DNA from: an uncultured Acidobacteriaceae bacterium
GTDB lineage: Bacteria; Acidobacteriota; Terriglobia; Terriglobales; Acidobacteriaceae
Direction of reading: 5' to 3'
DNA length: 64,000 nt
Assembly (NCBI GenBank): GCA_963794165.1
Contig: CAWCCT010000008.1
Location: 245,054 to 309,053 of the forward strand
In this document: positions 35,899-44,235 of the stretch, in pieces
Numbering within the stretch: the first letter of the stretch is position 1
Layout: every line of letters begins with the position of its first letter
Notes under the pieces: generated by a model
Told to the model about the DNA's origin: nothing
The model's database searches: none
What the model saw: the letters and a program-made list of their open reading frames with translations, nothing else
Program-made: the position numbers and the translations under genes

Positions 35899-36261
35899 CT
35901 ACGCCGAAGCACGTATTCTGGCGGAGCCGGCTTGTGGCGGCGCTGCACCCATTTCCAACGCTTCTAACCATGCGCGAATGTCATTGCAGAGCAAGACAAC
36001 GGAGATGGATCCGAAGCTCTCGGGATAAGCTTCAAGTCGCCTGAGGGCTCCTTGCAACAACCGCGCAGTTCCTAGGGGATTATTGCGTTGCCAGTGATGG
36101 AACGCCGCGGTCACCTGAATCAGCCCTTGCAGGAAGGTCTTCTCCGGCTCCTTTGCCAGCAGCCAAAGGCTTTCCCAGGACTCATGGGCAGCGAAGAACT
36201 CGCCGGCATCATAATGCTGTAGGCCTTCGGCCAGTGCGCCCTGGCTCCAGTCGAATTCCAT
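35899..36261 (-). CDS. DUF309-domain protein
   Basis: 120 aa. YDAGEFFAAHESWESLWL ... FLQGLIQVTAAFHHWQRNN. Confidence 0.8.
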   Translation of the reverse strand: MEFDWSQGALAEGLQHYDAGEFFAAHESWESLWLLAKEPEKTFLQGLIQVTAAFHHWQRNNPLGTARLLQGALRRLEAYPESFGSISVVLLCNDIRAWLEALEMGAAPPQAGSARIRASA

Positions 36262-36314
36262 TCGCTTGCGCCCTGCCTCACGCTAACATCGTATGGACCG
36301 TTCCGTTTCCTGCC

Positions 36315-37037
36315 ATGAGTCTATCCTCGCTACGCATGCCAATCACTGAGCCCTCGCAAATCCAAATTGCGGCTGGCTGGTTTTCCATGGGGTCCGACAC
36401 CGGCCAGGAAGTGGAAGCACCTGTTCACCGCGTCTGGATAGACTCCTTTGCTATGGCAGCAACCCAGGTCACGGTCGCGGAGTATGCGCGTTTTCTGGAC
36501 GCCACCGGAAGCATTCCACCCCCTTATTGGGGCGATGCCAACTTCTCTCATCCGCAGCAGCCTGTAGTGGCGGTCTCTTGGTTCGACAGCGTCGCCTACT
36601 GCGCATGGCTTTCTGCCGCTACCGGATCGTATTATCGGCTACCGACAGAAGCAGAGTGGGAACGCGCGGCACGCGGCGGTGCGGAGAAAAAGCTATTCCC
36701 CTGGGGAGATGCTCCACCGATGTCCCGTCGTGACTACCATGCTCGTTGGCACAGCGGACCGGAACTGGTCGCACAATCAGAGCCGAATGCTTTCGGTTTA
36801 TTTGAAATGTGCGAGAACGTGCACGAGTGGTGCAGCGATTGGTTCGCGGCCGGCTACTACAGCATTTCACCCGATCGAAATCCGCAGGGCCCCGAAGCAA
36901 CCAGCAGAAGAGCCTCCCGCGGAGGCTCCTGGCGGCACCAGATCAAGATCTCACGATGTTCGGCGCGCTCCAGCATTCCGCCGGAATTCAAGTACGCGGA
37001 CTATGGTTTTCGGGTTGTTCGCGACGGATCTGCCTGA
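36315..37037 (+). CDS. formylglycine-generating-enzyme (SUMF1/EgtB/PvdO) family protein
   Basis: ORF 36153..37037. I place the start at ATG 36315. GWFSMGSD, VTVAEYARFL, PVVAVSWFDSVAYCAWLS, YRLPTEAEWERAARGG, HEWCSDWF, RGGSW. Confidence 0.85.
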   Translation: MSLSSLRMPITEPSQIQIAAGWFSMGSDTGQEVEAPVHRVWIDSFAMAATQVTVAEYARFLDATGSIPPPYWGDANFSHPQQPVVAVSWFDSVAYCAWLSAATGSYYRLPTEAEWERAARGGAEKKLFPWGDAPPMSRRDYHARWHSGPELVAQSEPNAFGLFEMCENVHEWCSDWFAAGYYSISPDRNPQGPEATSRRASRGGSWRHQIKISRCSARSSIPPEFKYADYGFRVVRDGSA

Positions 37038-37096
37038 CGGAAATTGGCATCTCCCCGATTCGCCCATCAGCCTGGGAAATTAACTTGAGGGTCAGA

Positions 37097-38143
37097 ATGC
37101 AACATCGTGTCCTGCCAACAACCTTCCCGGGCAAGATCCATCCATCACCGGCTGTCCCGCGCTCGCGACTGTTGTTGTTGTTCCTGATCTTCTACTTCAT
37201 TTGCTGCGGCCTCGGCTACCCCATCCTGAATCGTATCGATTGGCGGCAAGCCCCCGGGGGACTGGAGGATGTTCTCACCTACGCGGATCTGGTCACTACG
37301 ACCCCGACGCCAGATTTAAATCAACATATGCAGTTCCGGGTTCTCGTTCCCTACCTTGCCAGGCCTATCTACCGGATCGCAAAGAATCTCATCGGAACGT
37401 GGGATCCCATCATGTTCGCATTGCTGGCGGTCAACTCCTTTTTTGTAGCTCTCACGGTAACGGTTCTACTCATGGTGGTTTATCGTGAACTCGGAAACTA
37501 CGCTGTGGCCCTCGGCGCGGCCTTGATCTACCTGCTCAATTTTGCTGTTCCTAACCTCCGGCTCGCTGGATTGGTAGATGCGGGAGAAGGCTTCTTTCTC
37601 ATGGTGCTCGTCTGGAGTCTCCTGCGAGAGGACTACTGGGCGCTGCCCATATGGGCAGTCATCGGCGCCACCGCCAAAGAGTCTTTTGTCCTCTTTCTCG
37701 TGGTCTTTACGCTTTCCTGGTGGCTCTGTTCCAGAAAAGGGCTACGCAACCCCTCAATCGCGGCGGTCTGGATGGTCAGTTCGTGGCTGGCCGCGCTGGG
37801 TTCCCTGACGGCGCTCCAATGGAGAATTACCCACGTCTTTCGCTCGCCCTTGCGCTTCGGCATGGATCTTCACCAGAACTCTGCCTATGTGGCCCATTTT
37901 CTCTCATCGTTCCGGGACCGCAACCTCTGGTACATATTCTTTTGGCTCCTGCCTCTATCGCTCTTCAGGTTGAGGCGGTTTCCGCTCAATTGGCGCCTTT
38001 CCACCGCCGCCACTGCCGTTGCCGCCTTCGCCGCCGATGCCTACTATGGAGGTGGTCCGGGAACCATCGGCCGGGCTTTGTTCAGCATTGCGGGACCACT
38101 TCTCTGTGCCTCGGCCGCGCTCGTGCTTTTCACCCAAGAATAA
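37097..38143 (+). CDS. polytopic integral membrane protein, unknown function
   Basis: ORF 36809..38143. I place the start at ATG 37097 (MQHRVLPTT..), just after the FGE stop. About 9 hydrophobic helices. Confidence 0.65.
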   Translation: MQHRVLPTTFPGKIHPSPAVPRSRLLLLFLIFYFICCGLGYPILNRIDWRQAPGGLEDVLTYADLVTTTPTPDLNQHMQFRVLVPYLARPIYRIAKNLIGTWDPIMFALLAVNSFFVALTVTVLLMVVYRELGNYAVALGAALIYLLNFAVPNLRLAGLVDAGEGFFLMVLVWSLLREDYWALPIWAVIGATAKESFVLFLVVFTLSWWLCSRKGLRNPSIAAVWMVSSWLAALGSLTALQWRITHVFRSPLRFGMDLHQNSAYVAHFLSSFRDRNLWYIFFWLLPLSLFRLRRFPLNWRLSTAATAVAAFAADAYYGGGPGTIGRALFSIAGPLLCASAALVLFTQE

Positions 38144-38177
38144 TTTGTCATCCTCTCCACTATCCCACCAAATCGAA

Positions 38178-38240
38178 GGGTGCCCCAGGTCTCGCATTTG
38201 AGACCTGGGATCCTTGCAACCGAGCTTTCGGTTGTCGCAA
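38178..38240. repeat. two adjacent hairpins (GGGTGCCCCAGGTCTC family + TTGCAACCGA hairpin)
   Basis: CCCAGGTCTC (38184-38193) pairs with GAGACCTGGG (38200-38209). TTGCAACCGA (38214-38223) pairs with TCGGTTGtcGCAA (38228-38240). A near-identical first hairpin is at 63820-63856. Confidence 0.75.
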
Positions 38241-38291
38241 GAAGGACGCAACAGCCGGGCAGGCATAAGATGAAGGCTGGGAGATACTCAA

Positions 38292-38555
38292 ATGCTTTAC
38301 AAGAAGATCAATGTCGAACTGATCGTCGTCGCTGATGAAGCCGATGCCGTTGTCGCGGAGTTGAACACGGCCCTCGATCGGCTGGAGGAGAAGCACACAC
38401 TTTTCGGTGGTGAGATCGAGACGGTAGCAATCGAGCACCGCGGAACACGAAGGAAATCGGCACTCGCGCATACGATGGCTGCAGGGGAAACGGTCGCTGA
38501 CGCGCTCAGAACAGCACGTGAGAGTGTGAATGTGGCCCTGCGCGCAATCATCTGA
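38292..38555 (+). CDS. hypothetical small protein
   Basis: 87 aa with balanced charged composition (MLYKKINVELIVVADEADAVVAELNTALDRLEEKH..). The antisense ORF 38297..38551 looks like a shadow. No family recognised. Confidence 0.45.
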   Translation: MLYKKINVELIVVADEADAVVAELNTALDRLEEKHTLFGGEIETVAIEHRGTRRKSALAHTMAAGETVADALRTARESVNVALRAII

Positions 38556-38604
38556 TCGCAGTCATCTGATCGTGGAGCTGTGCGGCTGCGAAACTATTCG
38601 AAAC

Positions 38605-39060
38605 CTATCCAGGATACGTGCCGGTAATATACCCCTGCAGCTCCTGAATGGTTTGCGCTTGACCTGAGATCACCCATTTCACCAGGTCACCAATCGAAAT
38701 CATGCCCACTACAGTCTCGCCCAGCAGTACCGGGAGATGCCGAATGCGGTGTTGGGTCATGATGGTCATGCATTCGTCCACGGTCTGTTCCGGGCTTACG
38801 AAAAAAACCGGGCTGCTCATGATCTGGTCAACTCGGGTTTCTTTGGAAAACTGGCCGATCAGGATTCCTTTGCGTGCGTAGTCACGCTCCGACATGATTC
38901 CCACCAGCCGGCGGTTCGAAAGGACCAGTAAGGCGCCGACGTCGTGCTCGGCCATCTGCTCCAGCGCTTCGTAGACCGTCTGGTCGGGTTCAATCGACAG
39001 AACCCTGTTTTGGGCCTTGCTTTTCAGCACCAGTCCGATCGTGTCGGAGATTCGCATCAC
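38605..39060 (-). CDS. CBS-pair domain protein
   Basis: 151 aa with two CBS motifs (..[25 protein letters not shown].. and ..[25 protein letters not shown]..). Confidence 0.9.
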   Translation of the reverse strand: MMRISDTIGLVLKSKAQNRVLSIEPDQTVYEALEQMAEHDVGALLVLSNRRLVGIMSERDYARKGILIGQFSKETRVDQIMSSPVFFVSPEQTVDECMTIMTQHRIRHLPVLLGETVVGMISIGDLVKWVISGQAQTIQELQGYITGTYPG

Positions 39061-39303
39061 ACCCTCCTCGCCCTCGGTAGCACGGCTGTATTCGGATCGG
39101 TACAGAACGCGCCTATCGGCATCCCTATCAAAATAGCGTGCCGCCTAGCAGGATCTGCGGACTGTTCGGGGGCGCGATCGAACTCTTCCCGATTTGGCAC
39201 GTGGACAATATAGTCCATACCGATTGCGCACGAACAGTCCAAAGTGGATTAACCATCTCTGTGGATGGACGATGGGGGCACGGCGGGGAATCTTTGCACG
39301 AAG

Positions 39304-39567
39304 GGCACGGCTTCAGCCGTGCCTTAAGCCCTTTGTGCATGAGCGGCTTTAGCCGCTGGGGTACGTTGTTGCACGATAGGCTCTCAAGCACGACTTCACA
39401 GGCTTCGGACTCTATTTTGAAGGGTATGGGCTTTAGCCCGCACATATTGCGACCAAGAACACCGGGCTTTTAGCCCCTGAGGGCGGCCCCATCAAGTGCA
39501 AATCGTCCCCTCAGCGGCTGAAGCCGGATTTCATTTAAGGTGGGGATGTACGGCCTGAAGGCCGTAC
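39304..39567. repeat. array of six short GC-rich hairpins
   Basis: GGCACGGCttcaGCCGTGCC 39304-39323; GCGGCtttaGCCGC ~39343; GGGCtttaGCCC ~39428; GGGCttttaGCCC ~39464; CGGCtgaaGCCG ~39515; GTACGGCCtgaaGGCCGTAC 39548-39567. Confidence 0.75.
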
Positions 39568-39793
39568 CCTTCAAAGACTCTTTCCCCAGCCTCCCTGGCC
39601 CCGCGGAGCGGGTTTTCAACCCCTTGTATGTTCCGGCCGAAGCACGGAAATGGGTACCTCAGAGGCTAAAGAGTCTGCGTGAGAACTCGCATTTACCCGC
39701 CTCAGTCCCGCAGGGACGCATGAAGTTGCCCAGGACTACGCCCATAAGCGCTACCTTGTTTTGGGTGTTTTTCGTCAAACTCGCCACAAAATC

Positions 39794-40195
39794 GTCATCC
39801 TGCCTGCCCCGGCTTGCCGTGGGAGCGAAGCGCCTCACGGATTTATCGCGTGACACAGGGCTTGTGGGCGCGCAGTCGAAGGACCTTGAGGATGCTCATC
39901 TTACCCATGCTGCGCGTACCTTTTCGACCACCGAAGCCAGAGAACGGGATTTGCGCAACGTAGATGTAGCCTACGGAACACAGCAAGATTCAGCGGCTCT
40001 TGTTCTCGGCCCCCCCCCGGGAAAGACCGTGGCCGCTCCCCCTTGATGCGGGCTTCGGCGGTTGAAAAGCTCGGAGCAGCAGGGCTAAGATGAGCATCCT
40101 CGAGGTCCTTCGACTGCGCGTCTACAAGCGCTGTGTCACGCGATAAATCCGTGAGGCGCTTCGCTCCCACGGCAAGCCGGGGCAGGCAGGATGAC
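39794..40195. repeat. ~400-bp imperfect palindrome (110-nt arms plus a partly self-complementary spacer) containing a C9 tract
   Basis: 39794-39903 (GTCATCCTGCCTGCCCCGGCTTGCCGTGGGAGCGAAGCGCCTCACGG...GATGCTCATCTTA) is the reverse complement of 40086-40195. CTTTTCGACCACCGAAGCC in the spacer is mirrored by GGCTTCGGCGGTTGAAAAG. C9 at 40010-40018. Confidence 0.8.
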
Positions 40196-40431
40196 GTTTT
40201 TGTGGCGAGGTTGGAGATCCAAACAATCAGCGTCTTCTTGGACTTCTATCGTCTGCCAAACCAATTAGCGCGTGCGGGCTGCGCCCTGGCTAAGATGTCC
40301 CTACGGGACTGATCTATCGTCCTGATCTCGGCGGTTCGGGAGTTCTCACGCAGACTCTAAAGGCCCTAGCTGGCGCGTTTCTGTGCATTTATGAAGCCAT
40401 GTTTGGTTCGACACTCAGGGCAAAATTGGAA

Positions 40432-41052
40432 TCAAGGCGTCCCGGCGAGCTGTTTTTCCGAACCTGCGATCAGTTTCCGGAACACCTCGACGGCTGGAAC
40501 CCCTGGAGAGTCAAGCGCATCTTTGGCGGTATAGCGCCAAACCGGCGGAGCGTCCAGCGGAGTCCAGTACGGGTCGTCTTTGCTGCCGCGATATACCACA
40601 AACGTGTCCTGTGACTGCCCGACCTCTACCTGCGGCTGGGGATCCGGGGGATTGCCGGCGTCCGCGGGATTCCCCTGTTGGACACCGACCCGGCCCCCTG
40701 AATTTGTTGGCTCCAGTATCACGGGTCGATTGTTATTCGGGACGCCACCAATCGTCGGCTGCACCATTTTGCCGCTACCTTTGCGAACGGTAATGATCAG
40801 ATCAGCAAACTGGGCGTCCGTCGCCAGTGAAAACCGGCCCCAGTTCATCAGAGCCTTCTCGACGTCCTCCTGGGCGGTCCGGTTGGCGTTCGGATTCCGA
40901 ACGTCCACTCCAGAGTTGGGGTCGACCAGCACCAGTACAGATCGCGCCCGAAGAACGTCCGTGGGCAGCAAACCCTTCTTCTTGTCCTTCGCAGTTGCAA
41001 GCAAACAGGATAGAAGCAATACGGAAATGCCGAAGCTTCTGGGGTGCGGCAT
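40432..41052 (-). CDS. secreted hypothetical protein
   Basis: 206 aa. Signal peptide FGISVLLLSCLLATAKD. No family recognised. Confidence 0.6.
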   Translation of the reverse strand: MPHPRSFGISVLLLSCLLATAKDKKKGLLPTDVLRARSVLVLVDPNSGVDVRNPNANRTAQEDVEKALMNWGRFSLATDAQFADLIITVRKGSGKMVQPTIGGVPNNNRPVILEPTNSGGRVGVQQGNPADAGNPPDPQPQVEVGQSQDTFVVYRGSKDDPYWTPLDAPPVWRYTAKDALDSPGVPAVEVFRKLIAGSEKQLAGTP

Positions 41053-41143
41053 AAGCCACCTCTCACAGGTCCAGCAAGTCTAGTACAGCTAGTGCCTGCA
41101 GGGAAAGGACGAACAAAGGTCATTGAATCCAGTTCACTTTAGC

Positions 41144-41188
41144 CTCACCTATTGCAGTCCAACAGGTGAGTGTGTTATCTATTGGACT
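41144..41188. promoter_or_regulatory. interleaved 7-bp inverted repeats upstream of padR
   Basis: CTCACCT (41144-41150) / AGGTGAG (41164-41170), and AGTCCAA (41156-41162) / TTGGACT (41182-41188). They end 15 nt before ATG 41203. Confidence 0.25.
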
Positions 41189-41202
41189 CCAAGAGGAAGC
41201 GA

Positions 41203-41544
41203 ATGGGAAATAAGAAGGAAGTGTGGCTCGGCACCTTGTCGCTTATGGTGCTTCGCACTTTGTCGACGATGGGGCCGCAGCATGGATATGGACTGGCAAG
41301 GCGGATTGAGCAAATCAGCGGCGATCGGCTGAACGTCAACTACGGAACTCTTTATCCGGCGCTTCTGAAGTTGGAACAGGATGGGGCCGTCCGCTCGGAA
41401 TGGGGTATTTCCGACAACGGCCGCAAGGCGAAATTCTACAAAGTCACCCCGGCTGGCCGGAAGCACCTGGAGCGGGAAACGCGCGACTGGCAGGAAACGA
41501 CGGCAATCCTGGCGCGCTTCCTCTCACCAGCCGAGGAGGGCTGA
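41203..41544 (+). CDS. padR: PadR-family transcriptional regulator
   Basis: ORF 41170..41544. ATG 41203 (MGNKKEVWLGTLSLMVLRTLSTMGPQHGYGLARRIE..YGTLYPALLKLEQDGAV..KFYKVTPAGRKHL). Confidence 0.9.
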   Translation: MGNKKEVWLGTLSLMVLRTLSTMGPQHGYGLARRIEQISGDRLNVNYGTLYPALLKLEQDGAVRSEWGISDNGRKAKFYKVTPAGRKHLERETRDWQETTAILARFLSPAEEG

Positions 41545-44207
41545 TGCGAACGCTACGTGGGTTGTGGCAGACGCTGCGAGCATGGGTTGCGGGTGGGGAT
41601 GCGAATAGCGATCTTGGAGAAGAATTGGAAAGCGTCGTCCAGATGCATATGGACAGCCATCTGGGCGAAGGAATGAGGAGGGAGGAGGCGCGCCGGCGGG
41701 CCCTGATTGAACTGGGTGGTATCGAGCAAGTTCGCCAGGCGGTGCGCGATCGCCGCGGATTGCCATCGTTGGAAGAAATGGTAAGGGATGTGAAGTATGC
41801 GATACGAGGCCTGGTGCGGACGCCCGGGTTCAGTATTGTGGCGGTGCTGGTGATGGCGCTCGGCATTGGGGCAAGCGTCGCGTTGTTCACCGTGGTGCGC
41901 TCCGTAGTTCTGCGCCCGCTGCCGTTTGCAGACCCGGATCGCCTGGTCGCGCTCTATAGCCATGACAATCGCTCGCGCCCGGAATCCGGCAACCTTACCG
42001 CTCCGGGCGATTTTTTCGACTGGCAGAAGTCATCGCACGGCTATCAGCAGATGGCGATCTGGCGGTGGAGTGGGTACAACATGTCCGGCAGCGGCGGAGA
42101 TCTTCCTGAGTTCCTCAACGCCGGGACCTGTTCGTGGAATTTGTTCGCGACACTGGGCGTCAATCCGGCGCTAGGGCGATCGTTTACACGGGACGACGAC
42201 CAAGCAGGAGCCGGGTCGACGGTGATTCTGTCCTGGAGTTTTTTCGAGCGGCGTTTCAATGGCGATCCTGGAATTCTGGGCAAAGCGGTCCGCTTGAACA
42301 GCCGCATGTATACGGTGATCGGAGTGCTGCCGGACTCCTTTCGATATCCCGATCCGAAGATCCAATTGTGGGTGCCGTGGCAGATTAACGCGCCGGCAGA
42401 CGACGTCCTGACGCACTACGACCACATCTTTCATGTTGTGGCGCGACTCAAAGTGGGCACTTCTGCCTCCGCGGCTCTGCAGGAGGTCAGCGCCGTTGAG
42501 CATCAGCTCTATACCCGGTACCGTGGAACAGGTCCGATGGAGCAGGACGTTATTGCAAGACCGCTGCTCGATGACGTGGTCGGCGATGTGAAGATGCCGC
42601 TCTACGTGTTGCTCGGGGCGGTGTTTTGCCTGCTGTCGATAGCGTGCCTCAATCTTTCCAACCTGTTGGTGGCGCGCTCGGCGGCCCGCAGGCGGGAGAT
42701 GGCCATCCGCAGTGCGCTGGGAAGCAGCCGGTTGTCGCTGATCCGGCAGCAGTTGACGCAGAGCCTGCTGATTTGCCTGAGTGGAGGAGCACTTGGCGTG
42801 CTGCTTTCCCTGGCCGCGACGGAATGGCTGGTCCGTCACTGGACCGAATTACCGCGCGGGTACGATGTCCATCCTGATGCGCTGGCAATCGGGTTCGCGC
42901 TCGGGATCACGCTGCTCGCGGGACTTCTGGCGGGTTTGTTGCCGGGCATTTCCTCGACGGGCGGGACCATCCTCGCGGCTCTGCAGGAGGGCTCGCGAGG
43001 GATAGGAGGTGTGGGGCGTGCGTCCTTGCGCAAGACTTTGCTTACCGTCGAGGTAGCCCTGACAGTAGTCCTGCTGATTGCTGCGGGCCTGCTCTTCAAA
43101 AGCTTTCTGCGGATGCGTACTGTTGACCTCGGCTGCACGACCAGGAATGTGTTGACCATGACCTATTTCTTGCGCGGGGATAAGTACTCGAAGCCGGAAC
43201 AGATAGTCGGCCTCGACACGCAGCTGCTGGACAAGGTACGGCATCTTCCGGGAGTCGAGGCCGCCGGACTGACCAATGTGGTTCCGGGCGACGGCTACTA
43301 TGGCGAACATGAGATCTCTATTCCAGAGCATCCGGCCGAAGCGCCGGGAGTGCATCGTTTTGCGGCGTATCGTACGGCCGACCCGGGCTATTTTTCTGCG
43401 ATGGAGATCCCCTTAATGCGGGGCCGGTTCTTTTCCGACGATGAGCGTCTCGAGCACGATAAATTCATCATCGTCAATCAGGAACTGGTACGCCAATATT
43501 TTCCCGGCGAGGATCCGATCGGCAAGCATCTTCGCGTAGATTGGCGGACTTCCAACGGAGAAGACTACGAAATTATCGGTGTGGTGGGAAACACGATTTA
43601 TCAAATTGGAGAGCCTATGCGCCCGATGATGTGGTTTCCGATTCTCTCGGGCATTCCTGGGAATTCGGGTGACTCTGTGCTGGTTGTGCGGTCGGCACAA
43701 GACGTTATGGGCCAGGCGATAGCCATTCAGAGCCTGATCGCTTCTCTCGATGCTGATCTTCCGGTCAAAAATATCCTCACCATGGAGCAAATCCTGGGCG
43801 AGTCTACGGCGAATTCCAGTTTGAGCGCGACCCTGGTGTTGAGTTTTGCGGTATTGTCTCTCCTGCTGGCGGATGTTGGCCTCTACGGTGTGCTCGCCTT
43901 TCTAGTTACGCAGCGAACAGCAGAGATCGGCATCCGTATGGCTCTGGGTGCAAGGCGTGAGCGAGTACTGCAGCTGGTGCTCATTGACGGGCTTAAGCCT
44001 GCGCTGCTGGGTCTCGCCATTGGAATTGCGGCGAGCCTTGCGGTGACTCGTTTGATTGGCTCCGTGCTGTACGCAACCAGTCCCCTCGATGCCAGCGTCT
44101 TCCTCTCGGTGATCGGGACGCTGCTGATCTCCGCGACCGCAGCCTGCCTGCTTCCGGCGTGGCGAGCCGCGCGGATCAATCCCATGCGCGCACTGCGTGC
44201 TGAATAA
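41544..44207 (+). CDS. ADOP-type duplicated FtsX/MacB-like permease (copy 2) with ~75-aa N-terminal prefix
   Basis: ORF 41400..44207. ATG 41544 overlaps the padR stop (TGATG). Prefix LGEELESVVQMHMDSHLGEGMRREEARRRALIELGG precedes DVKYAIRGLVRTPGFS. Two FtsX modules. Confidence 0.9.
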   Translation: MRTLRGLWQTLRAWVAGGDANSDLGEELESVVQMHMDSHLGEGMRREEARRRALIELGGIEQVRQAVRDRRGLPSLEEMVRDVKYAIRGLVRTPGFSIVAVLVMALGIGASVALFTVVRSVVLRPLPFADPDRLVALYSHDNRSRPESGNLTAPGDFFDWQKSSHGYQQMAIWRWSGYNMSGSGGDLPEFLNAGTCSWNLFATLGVNPALGRSFTRDDDQAGAGSTVILSWSFFERRFNGDPGILGKAVRLNSRMYTVIGVLPDSFRYPDPKIQLWVPWQINAPADDVLTHYDHIFHVVARLKVGTSASAALQEVSAVEHQLYTRYRGTGPMEQDVIARPLLDDVVGDVKMPLYVLLGAVFCLLSIACLNLSNLLVARSAARRREMAIRSALGSSRLSLIRQQLTQSLLICLSGGALGVLLSLAATEWLVRHWTELPRGYDVHPDALAIGFALGITLLAGLLAGLLPGISSTGGTILAALQEGSRGIGGVGRASLRKTLLTVEVALTVVLLIAAGLLFKSFLRMRTVDLGCTTRNVLTMTYFLRGDKYSKPEQIVGLDTQLLDKVRHLPGVEAAGLTNVVPGDGYYGEHEISIPEHPAEAPGVHRFAAYRTADPGYFSAMEIPLMRGRFFSDDERLEHDKFIIVNQELVRQYFPGEDPIGKHLRVDWRTSNGEDYEIIGVVGNTIYQIGEPMRPMMWFPILSGIPGNSGDSVLVVRSAQDVMGQAIAIQSLIASLDADLPVKNILTMEQILGESTANSSLSATLVLSFAVLSLLLADVGLYGVLAFLVTQRTAEIGIRMALGARRERVLQLVLIDGLKPALLGLAIGIAASLAVTRLIGSVLYATSPLDASVFLSVIGTLLISATAACLLPAWRAARINPMRALRAE

Positions 44208-44235
44208 CGCCTGAGGAAACCTTTGGGTTCGATCA

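Noticed and set aside
39304-39567. Regularly recurring short hairpins considered as a possible CRISPR array
   Set aside because: The repeats are only 12-20 nt long and not identical, spacing is irregular (about 30-90 nt), and there are no cas genes in the window. This is REP-like, not CRISPR.
39540-40170. ORFs 39540..40046(+) and 39901..40170(-), with similar small ORFs at 4213..4484, 19642..20058, 29938..30307, 57213..57592, 62076..62387 and 63577..63924
   Set aside because: They are translations of palindromic repeat DNA. The same peptide strings recur on both strands and at several loci (DLEDAHL, RDVGHP, SSRAQPRDLQCAP). There are no start-site signals.
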